DNA of 55,406 bases from Saprolegnia diclina VS20 (Eukaryota): the NCBI RefSeq assembly GCF_000281045.1, contig NW_008246168.1:39168-94573 (forward strand), in the 5' to 3' direction. The notes under the pieces are model-generated. The model searched no databases, had not been told where the DNA came from, and saw nothing but the letters and a program-made list of their open reading frames with translations. The translations under genes and the position numbers were made by a program. Positions 47,588-55,406 of the stretch are shown piece by piece; position 1 is the stretch's first letter, and every line of letters begins with the position of its first letter.

Positions 47588-50500
47588 TTAGAACGGGTTG
47601 GCCGATGGTTTCTCAATGTAAACCCAGAGCGTGATAAAGATGAGGCCAAACGCAATCATTGACTGACCGATAAAGTTGCCCTTGTCCGTGAGGCTGTGGT
47701 AGCTCCACCCAAAATACTCTTGGATCGACATGCGGACGCTCGGGCCGAGCTTGGCGGCAATGAAGAGCCCCATCATGAGACTCGCAACGAGGAGCGACGC
47801 GCCGTGGGACGTCTGGAGCGAGTTGTATGTCACGAAGAAGCGGATAATGGCCCAGACGCAGCCGAGCACGTGCGCGAAAAAGACTAGGACGTTGGGAACC
47901 TCGGTGATCGACCCGCGCGACGAGCTGCCCGTGACAAACCACGTCGGCTCTTTTCCCGTCAGCTTCCACCAAAACGTCTCAAAGACCGCCGACGTGTGCG
48001 TGAACGCGTAGGCAAACCACGCTTCTTGGGACCGGACCACGTCGTTGTTCTCAACCGTTCGGTTGCTCAGCGCCGAGAGCAGGCCTTGGATGACGAGCTT
48101 GGGCACGAGACCGTAGAGGAGGCGGAGGCCGCCGAGGTAGATCGGCGCGTAGCCCGTGAAGAGAAAGTAGAGCGTGATGTAGTAGAAGAGGACGGCGCAG
48201 ATCGACCCAATCGGGTAAATCGTCGAGTTGATGTAAAACACCTTGCGCATGAAGCCGTGCTTGGTGGGCTTGGGCGGCAGCGCGCAGCTTGGTCGCTCCC
48301 ACTGCGCGTCAAAGTAGTTTTTCTTCTTGTTCATGAGCATGATCTGGAAGTTGCCCTTGGCCCAGCGCTTGCGCTGCGCGAGCGACGACGCGACGTTGTC
48401 GGGCACAAGACCTTCTGCCAGACGAATGCGCTCCGAGGGCTCGCCTTCAAAGTCCTTGCGAAAGTACAGACCCTTCCAGCCGAGGCCACACAGCTGCATA
48501 CCCGTGTAGCAGTCTTCCGTGAGCGACCCATATTGAATACCGCCGATCGAGTCGAGCGCTTCGCGACGGAAGATGGCGTTCGTGCCCGCAAAGGACGCAC
48601 ACTCGTACCCGTCTTGGCCGGTCTGAATCGCATCGTAGAAGGTCGCATTGCGGTGGCCAAGCGGATCGCCAATCTGAAACTGAACGCAATCGCGAAAGTA
48701 CTGCGGCGTCTGGACAAACGCAACGTGGTTGCTGCCGACTGCGTCCGAGTAGCAGCCGTTGGTGACGAGGCCGTCGTCGATGCTGATCGTATGGTGTGTG
48801 GCACACTTCTTGCAGAGACCAGTCTTTTTGTGCACGGTGCCGCCGCACGTGACGCAGCGCAGATCCTGGGACGACGAGCTTGTCGCGCTGACAGTGCCAT
48901 TGACCTGACGACGGTGCAGCGCCGACGCCGTGTGCATGGCCTTTTCAAAACACGCCTTGGAGCAGTAGCTCATCTGCTCGTCCGGGACACCCGCAATCTT
49001 GCACGACGCGCAGCACATGCGCGCGACAAGGTTGCAGCCCGGCGTGCAGCACATGTACTTGTGCTTTCCTTGCTGATCTTCCGAGTCGAAAAAGAAGGGC
49101 AATGTCGCCAGAATGAACTTGGGGTGCGGCTGCATGTCGTTGTCGAGGATGATGCAGTAGCGGCCGGACGCGCCTTCGTTGTAGCACGCATTGTTGATGT
49201 TGCCGGCCTTCGAGTAGTGCGTCGGCGGCTTGACGCGGCCAATGAACGTGACGTGCGGGAGACCGCTGTACCGGTAGTCGTCGCGGAACGACCCGACGGC
49301 GCAGTCGGCGCGGTTGACAACACGGGGCCGGGACGGCGTCGGAAGGTTGGCCGACGAGTGCAGCTTGCGCCAGGCGTAGACTTCCATGTCTTCGTTCGGG
49401 TCGCAGACGCGATCATACATGAACTGCGCAACCTCTTGGCGCAAGTCACCAGCTTTTTCAATCACGCTCTTGTTGAGCTCGATGGTAGGCACGGGGTCGT
49501 TGGCCGTCCACTTGGCCTTGCAGTAGCCGTCGTCGAGGATGAAAATTTGAAGCAAATGCGGCGGGTACTGAAGGTTCATGCACGCGGCGAGCGTATCAAT
49601 GGTTTCATCGGCCGGCTCCGAGTAATGGCAGATGAAGATGTCGACCTTGGGCCACTGCTCGTCCGGGAGCTTGGGCTCAAAATCGTCGAGGTAGTGCGCA
49701 CCACGGCGCACGGGCTTCCACATGCCGAGGTAGTAGATCCCACCGAGCACAAAGCTAATGCATTCAGCGAGAATGAGACAAAAGTACGAGATCCATTGGC
49801 CAATGCTCGGCGACGCAAAGCAAGCGACGCTGCCGACGCCAGCAAAGTCGAGCCAAAACTGCGGTGGCGCAAAGACGCCGTTGAATGGCGCCGATTGACA
49901 GTGGAGCACGTCCATGGTTTGCGACAGAATCAAGCTGCATGAGTCGGTAGGTCGCGCTTGGTCGCACGGCTGGAGACCGACGACGAACCACAGCACGAGC
50001 GCTGCGAGCTCCACAAGACCCGCCAGAAGAAAGAGCACATACAAGAGGCGGTACGTGGTGAGGCCCTTCATGACGTACTTGCGCACGTTTGGGAGGTTGC
50101 GCTCAATGACGTTGCCCACGCCGGAGGCCACGATGGCGTTCTCAACAGCCTCAAACCACATGTGGTACTCGTCGTCGGTCTCGGGGCAGAGCACCCAGAG
50201 CCGGCGCTTCGTGTGCACTTCAAAGCCCTTTGTGGGCAAGTCGAGGCGCCCAGACGGGCGCAGCTGAAGCGCATCCTTGAGCTCGACGACGCCGACGACG
50301 AGGTCAGGGTTGCGCGTCGTAAAGTACTGGCGACACTCGAGGTCGTTCTGGAAGTAGTACATCTTGGTCTTCTCAAGCGCAAAGTACCGCTTCCGCCAGC
50401 TCTTGTGGAGTGGGCCCTTGATCATCGCGCGCTTGCCTTGCTTGAACATGAAGCCATGCACCGAGATGACATTGCTTGCGTCGTCCTGGCCTCGCGCGGC

Positions 50501-50644
50501 CGTCGCCGAGACGCCCATGGGCGGCTGGTACGACGCCCGCGGGTCGCTGGCGCCAAGGTCCGACGGGCGGGTGTCCAGGCGGCGCGAGAACTCGACGTCC
50601 GTGGCGCGGGCCGGCGTCTCGCCGAGGAGGTAGCCTTCGTCCAT
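47588..50644 (-). CDS. CesA: Oomycete cellulose synthase with N-terminal PH domain (CesA1/CesA2 type), intronless, 1018 aa
   Basis: PH domain (HGFMFKQG...WRKRYFAL...W), GT2 motifs DDG, KAGN, DND, QTPQ, TED, QRKRW, and C-terminal TM helices. Confidence 0.96.
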   Translation of the reverse strand: MDEGYLLGETPARATDVEFSRRLDTRPSDLGASDPRASYQPPMGVSATAARGQDDASNVISVHGFMFKQGKRAMIKGPLHKSWRKRYFALEKTKMYYFQNDLECRQYFTTRNPDLVVGVVELKDALQLRPSGRLDLPTKGFEVHTKRRLWVLCPETDDEYHMWFEAVENAIVASGVGNVIERNLPNVRKYVMKGLTTYRLLYVLFLLAGLVELAALVLWFVVGLQPCDQARPTDSCSLILSQTMDVLHCQSAPFNGVFAPPQFWLDFAGVGSVACFASPSIGQWISYFCLILAECISFVLGGIYYLGMWKPVRRGAHYLDDFEPKLPDEQWPKVDIFICHYSEPADETIDTLAACMNLQYPPHLLQIFILDDGYCKAKWTANDPVPTIELNKSVIEKAGDLRQEVAQFMYDRVCDPNEDMEVYAWRKLHSSANLPTPSRPRVVNRADCAVGSFRDDYRYSGLPHVTFIGRVKPPTHYSKAGNINNACYNEGASGRYCIILDNDMQPHPKFILATLPFFFDSEDQQGKHKYMCCTPGCNLVARMCCASCKIAGVPDEQMSYCSKACFEKAMHTASALHRRQVNGTVSATSSSSQDLRCVTCGGTVHKKTGLCKKCATHHTISIDDGLVTNGCYSDAVGSNHVAFVQTPQYFRDCVQFQIGDPLGHRNATFYDAIQTGQDGYECASFAGTNAIFRREALDSIGGIQYGSLTEDCYTGMQLCGLGWKGLYFRKDFEGEPSERIRLAEGLVPDNVASSLAQRKRWAKGNFQIMLMNKKKNYFDAQWERPSCALPPKPTKHGFMRKVFYINSTIYPIGSICAVLFYYITLYFLFTGYAPIYLGGLRLLYGLVPKLVIQGLLSALSNRTVENNDVVRSQEAWFAYAFTHTSAVFETFWWKLTGKEPTWFVTGSSSRGSITEVPNVLVFFAHVLGCVWAIIRFFVTYNSLQTSHGASLLVASLMMGLFIAAKLGPSVRMSIQEYFGWSYHSLTDKGNFIGQSMIAFGLIFITLWVYIEKPSANPF

Positions 50645-51627
50645 GAGCCCGCTGTGCTTTGAAAATGCAAATTGACAACTGCTCGACGAGTGCAATTCAC
50701 TTTGCAAACCCGAAACCGATTTCAGGCTAAAAATAGACTGCCTTCTCCGACCGATACAAAGTGCGAGATACACGAGCGGTGCGATGGCATTGGTCCATTC
50801 CGAAAATAGAAGGACCAGTCACCGAGCGGCGCTTCAAAGCAAGCGATGGGATTGGCCAAATGAAAAAGATAGGTGAGAACAACGCGTTGATTGGCTGAAA
50901 TCCCCATCGGTGATCGATGAGGTTGATCGGCTTCATCAACAAGCAAGCAAGCGCAAGATGTTCCTGAGCGCCCCTCGCAGCACCATCAGGCAGCGCTGAG
51001 CTCATCCACGCCACAACCTTCAACGATCAGCTTGAGCTAACGTATACCGGTTGCACCCATCTCGCGAGCGCTTATTTTGGTGCATCGCTAGAGCTGGGAT
51101 TCGAGCGAGCGCTGCATACGTTCACAAGCAGGCGCTGCGTAAGCTTGGGACCGACGGTCCTGGATTTTTGGCGCACGACCGCATCTATTAATCACATAGG
51201 CTACCAGTACCCGAAGAATGGTTGCAGCAGTGGTACGTACCTCGATGACGCCTTGCCACGCATGCGGAGACAAGGGCACCCTTGCCGGCGTCGAAGAGTC
51301 CATCGTGGGTGAGACTGGGACTGGCCAGATCCAGATTCTCTGCCATCACGACCCTCAGCCCCCAGTGCTCACATAGAGCAGTGAGCTCTCGTTGATGGGC
51401 TTCGATATTCCGTCGCGGGCGAGAGTAACGTGGGCACACCCACCTGGCTACCCAGTCGGTGCATACAAAAACCAAGTGGTTGGCTGCGGTCGGTGATGCG
51501 CATCGAATTTTTTTGCATTGCCTTTCGATGCACTTGCGTTTTGTATGCAAAGATCCTCAGCTTGAATAAAATGGCCAGCTGGCGCAAAGACCGACGGTGG
51601 AATTGCTCATTCGTCATTCGGCTGGAC

Positions 51628-54600
51628 ATGTTCCACGCGAAGAAGCAGCACTCGTCCATGGAGGACCAGTACGCCGGGATCAACACGCCCCAGGCGAGCG
51701 AGATGGGCTCGAGCCGGCGCGGCCTCGAAAAGAGCCTCGACCGCGGCCTTGAAGGCCGCCCGACGGCCAGCCAGCAGCGCCCCAACACGGAGCCGCGCGG
51801 GCCGTCGCAGGCGCCGGTTCAAATGTCCGACAACGCCGGTGGTAGCGCCAAGGACAACATCATCACGGTGCATGGCTACATGCACAAGCAAGGCAAGCGC
51901 GCGCTGAAAGGCCCGCTCCACAAGAGCTGGAAGAAGCGGTACTTTGCGCTTGAGAAGGCCAAGATCTACTACTTCCAGACGCACCTCGAGTGCCGGCAGT
52001 ACTTTACGACGCGCAACGCCGACTTGGTTGTTGGCGCCGTCGACCTCAAGGATGCGCTCCAGCTGCGCCCGTCGGCGCGCCTCGACTTGCCCACGAAGGG
52101 CTTTGAAGTGCAGACAAAGCGCCGCCTCTGGGTGCTCTGCCCCGAGTCGGACGAGGAGTACCGCATGTGGTTCCAAGGCGTCGAGAAGGCGATCGTCGCG
52201 AACGGCGCCGGCAACGTCATCGAGCGCAAGCTTCCGAACGTGCGCAAGTACGAGATGAAGGGCGTGACGACGTACCGGTTCCTCTACTTTCTCTTCCTCC
52301 TCGCCGGCCTTGTCGAAGTCGCGGCGCTCGTCTTTTGGTTCACGGTCGGCCTCCAGCCGTGCGACCAAGCGCGGCCCACGAGCTCGTGCACGCAGATCCT
52401 CCAGCAGACCATGGACGACCTGCACTGCCAGGCCAAGCCCTTCAACGGCGTCTTCACCGTCCCCAAGTTCTGGCTCAAGTTTGCTGGCGTCAGCGACGTC
52501 TTGTGCTTTGCCAAGCCGCCGATCGGCCAGTGGATCTCGTACTTTTGCCTCCTTCTCGCCGAGATCCTCAGCTTTGTGCTCGCTGCGATCTACTACCTCG
52601 GCATGTGGAAGCCCGTGCGCCGCGGTGCGCACTACCTCGACGAGTTTGAGCCCAAGCTCCCGGACGAGCAGTGGCCCAAGGTCGATGTCTTCATCTGCCA
52701 CTACTCGGAGCCGGCCGAAGAGACGATCGATACGCTCGCTGCGTGCATGAACCTCCAGTACCCGCCGCATTTGCTTCAGATCTACGTGCTCGACGACGGC
52801 TACTGCAAGACCAAGTGGACCAAGGGCGAAGAGGTGCCGACCATCGAGCTCAACAAGGGCGTCCTCGAAAGCGCGGGCGACTTGCGCCAAGAGATTGCGC
52901 AGTTCATGTACGATCGCGTCTGCGACCCGAACGAAGACATGGAAGTCTACGCCTGGCGCAAGCTGCACTCGTCGGCCAACCTCCCGACGCCGTCGCGACC
53001 CCGTGTTGTCAATCGCGCCGACTGCGCAGTCGGGTCGTTCCGCGACGACTACCGGTACAGCGGCCTCCCGCACGTCACGTTCATTGGCCGCGTCAAGCCG
53101 CCGACGCACTACTCGAAGGCCGGCAACATCAACAATGCGTGCTACAACGAAGGCGCGTCCGGCCGCTACTGCATCATCCTCGACAACGACATGCAGCCGC
53201 ACCCCAAGTTCATTTTGGCGACATTGCCCTTCTTTTTCGACTCGGAGGACCGCCAGGGCAAGAGCCAATTCACATGCTGCACATCGGGCTGCAACCGCGT
53301 CGCGCGCATGTGCTGCGCGTCGTGCAAGATTGCGGGCGTCCCCGAAGAGCAGATGAGCTACTGCTCCAAGCAGTGCTTTGAGAATGCGATGCACACGGCG
53401 TCGGCGCTGCACCGTCGGCAGGTCAACGGCACGATGACCGAGACGAACGCCAAGCCCAACAAGGAGCTCCGCTGCGTCACGTGCGACGCCAAGGTCGACA
53501 AGAACGGCATTTGCAAGGTGTGCAAGCGCGCGCACGATGGCGACGACCAAACCGCCGTCAACTTTGCTACGCTGCAGCACTACTCGGACGACGTGCGCGA
53601 CAACACGGTCGCGTTTGTCCAGACGCCGCAGTACTTTCGCGACTGCGTTCAGTTTCAGATTGGCGATCCGCTTGGCCACCGCAACGCGACCTTCTACGAT
53701 GCGATTCAAACCGGCCAAGACGGGTACGAGTGTGCGTCCTTTGCGGGCACGAACGCCATCTTCCGTCGCGAAGCGCTCGACTCGATCGGCGGTATTCAAT
53801 ATGGGTCGCTCACGGAAGACTGCTACACGGGCCAGCAGCTGTGCGCGATGGGCTGGAAGGCGCTGTACTTCCGCAAGGACTTTGAAGGCGAAGTGTCGGA
53901 GCGCATTCGTCTCGCAGAAGGGTTGATTCCCGACAACGTTGCGTCGTCGCTTGCGCAGCGCAAGCGCTGGGCCAAAGGCAACTTCCAGATCATGCTCATG
54001 AAGAAGAGCAAGAACTACACGGACCCGAACTGGAAGCGACCGGACTGCGCGGTGCCCAAGTACAAGAAGGCCAACCGCTTCATGCGCAAGGTGTTTTACA
54101 TCAACTCGACGATTTACCCGGTGGGGTCGATCTGCGCCGTCCTCTTCTACTACATCACGCTCTACTTTCTCTTCACGGGCTACGCGCCGATCTACCTCGG
54201 CGGCCTCCGCCTCCTCTATGCGCTCGTGCCCAAGCTCCTCATCCAAGGCATGCTCTCGGCGCTGAGCAACCGGTCGGTCGAGAACAACGACGTGGTCCGG
54301 TCCCAAGAGGCGTGGTTTGTATACGCGTTCACGCACACGGCGGCGGTCTTTGAGACGTTTTGGTGGAAGATCTCGGGCCGCGAGCAGTCGTGGTTTGTCA
54401 CGGGCAGCTCGTCGCGCGGGTCGATCACCGAGCTCCCGAACGTGCTCGTCTTTTTCGCGCACGTGTTTGGCGTGCTCTGGGCGCTGATCCGCTTCTTCGC
54501 GTCGTACAATACGCTGCAGACGTCCCACGGCGCGTCGCTCCTCGTCGCGAGTCTCATGATGGGGCTCTTCATCGCGACCAAGCTCGGCCCGAGCGTCCGC

Positions 54601-54744
54601 ATGTCGATCCAAGAGTACTTTGGGTGGAGCTACCACAGCCTCACGGACAAAGGCAACTTTATCGGCCAGTCGCTCATCGCATTTGGCCTCATCTTTATCA
54701 CGCTCTGGGTTTACATTGAGCAGCCCAGCTCCAACCCGTTCTGA
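51628..54744 (+). CDS. CesA: Oomycete cellulose synthase with N-terminal PH domain (CesA1/CesA2 type), intronless, about 1038 aa (alternative ATG at 51658)
   Basis: Same architecture and motifs as the divergent copy. Inr TCATTC repeats lie just upstream of ATG 51628. Confidence 0.96.
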   Translation: MFHAKKQHSSMEDQYAGINTPQASEMGSSRRGLEKSLDRGLEGRPTASQQRPNTEPRGPSQAPVQMSDNAGGSAKDNIITVHGYMHKQGKRALKGPLHKSWKKRYFALEKAKIYYFQTHLECRQYFTTRNADLVVGAVDLKDALQLRPSARLDLPTKGFEVQTKRRLWVLCPESDEEYRMWFQGVEKAIVANGAGNVIERKLPNVRKYEMKGVTTYRFLYFLFLLAGLVEVAALVFWFTVGLQPCDQARPTSSCTQILQQTMDDLHCQAKPFNGVFTVPKFWLKFAGVSDVLCFAKPPIGQWISYFCLLLAEILSFVLAAIYYLGMWKPVRRGAHYLDEFEPKLPDEQWPKVDVFICHYSEPAEETIDTLAACMNLQYPPHLLQIYVLDDGYCKTKWTKGEEVPTIELNKGVLESAGDLRQEIAQFMYDRVCDPNEDMEVYAWRKLHSSANLPTPSRPRVVNRADCAVGSFRDDYRYSGLPHVTFIGRVKPPTHYSKAGNINNACYNEGASGRYCIILDNDMQPHPKFILATLPFFFDSEDRQGKSQFTCCTSGCNRVARMCCASCKIAGVPEEQMSYCSKQCFENAMHTASALHRRQVNGTMTETNAKPNKELRCVTCDAKVDKNGICKVCKRAHDGDDQTAVNFATLQHYSDDVRDNTVAFVQTPQYFRDCVQFQIGDPLGHRNATFYDAIQTGQDGYECASFAGTNAIFRREALDSIGGIQYGSLTEDCYTGQQLCAMGWKALYFRKDFEGEVSERIRLAEGLIPDNVASSLAQRKRWAKGNFQIMLMKKSKNYTDPNWKRPDCAVPKYKKANRFMRKVFYINSTIYPVGSICAVLFYYITLYFLFTGYAPIYLGGLRLLYALVPKLLIQGMLSALSNRSVENNDVVRSQEAWFVYAFTHTAAVFETFWWKISGREQSWFVTGSSSRGSITELPNVLVFFAHVFGVLWALIRFFASYNTLQTSHGASLLVASLMMGLFIATKLGPSVRMSIQEYFGWSYHSLTDKGNFIGQSLIAFGLIFITLWVYIEQPSSNPF

Positions 54745-55143
54745 GACCGTCCACGACGAAGGCAGTCGTTTCGATAAGACATGCGTATTTTCTGCGTTTG
54801 AATTTGCATTTTTGCCATCACAATTTGTAAGTTTTGCTGTGAGCGGGACGCCATGTCGACTATGTAGTGGACTTGAAAGAGGTGTGTGGAGGAAACTGGG
54901 CGAGGTTTCGGCCCTTTTCGTAGTTGGAAGGGACAGCTCGCCTTGCACATAATTGCTATCGGTATGGATCGGCTTGCTTGTGAGTAGGACTACTGGGTGA
55001 ACAGCGATGATTGAAATGCGTCCCGTCCTGCGTCAACGAGTCCATGACTAGGACACCAACATGGTGCGATAACCTTGTGATATAGCCGTTGGGTTTCGAA
55101 GTCCTTTGGCTTGTCTATCTTTTAATTGAATAACGACTTTTTT

Positions 55144-55406
55144 GCGCGAAGCGCGGCACGAGCGCAGCGAGGGCACCCGGCGGTAGCCGGGCCCGTGCGA
55201 TAGCCGGGCCCGTGCGATAGCACGGTAGGGCAAAATGAAGTCTCAACATGGTGTTCCGGCGTGCGTAGCGCGTCCGGAAGGGTCGAATTCGGTTAAGTAC
55301 GAGTGGCAGGTCAATGTCGTGATTGTTGACTTGGTGTTTGTAACAATGTTACAAAGTGCGGTAGCGTACTTAACCGAGTCGCGCGCAGCGCGCCACGAGC
55401 GAAGCG
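55144..55406. other. Non-coding hairpin-dense element (candidate mobile-element end or structured RNA), truncated by the window end
   Basis: Five GC-GNA-GC mini-hairpins, a 26-nt direct repeat (55144-55169 and 55381-55406), a 13-bp inverted repeat (55289-55301 and 55365-55377) and a 19-bp palindrome (55337-55355). Confidence 0.5.
55184..55221. repeat. 17-bp tandem repeat, about 2.2 copies
   Basis: TAGCCGGGCCCGTGCGA x2, plus TAGC. Confidence 0.9.

Noticed and set aside
51607..54948. 1113-aa antisense ORF over CesA (also 47996..49942)
   Set aside because: In-register shadow of a strongly GC3-biased gene; composition is not protein-like.
55230..55406. RNase MRP/P identity for the terminal structured region
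   Set aside because: Only a weak GAAGTCTC resemblance to the conserved region; no supporting P4 partner is visible.

Overview
Gene-dense eukaryotic DNA, GC-rich in coding regions, with 40-55 nt GT-AG introns and oomycete-type initiator motifs (YCATTYY) just upstream of ATGs. PH-domain cellulose synthases and START/FYVE proteins point to an oomycete, most likely Saprolegniales (inference). Contents, left to right: three tandem arrestin-fold genes; a CHORD-like zinc protein; NSE3/MAGE; an assembly gap behind a histone-like promoter; a small secreted Cys-rich protein; a second gap that very probably hides a histone gene divergent from an intact H3 (both ends carry matching histone 3' stem-loops); ATP-PFK, a METTL21-like methyltransferase and a CBM-containing PFK-2/FBPase-2; a Sel1-repeat gene and a TPR-SET-MYND gene with overlapping stop-codon regions; a START/FYVE gene; a hypothetical gene; NOSIP; a divergent pair of small paralogues; a kynurenine-type aminotransferase; a large FANCM-like gene with extra RanBP2, PZP, ZZ and RPA-binding-like modules; a TMEM198-like gene; tRNA-Leu(TAA); a DEAD-box helicase; and head-to-head CesA genes with signs of gene conversion. 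A GNA-hairpin-rich structured element runs off the right end. Multi-exon CDS coordinates run from inferred ATG to stop; exons were traced by eye and no database searches were run.
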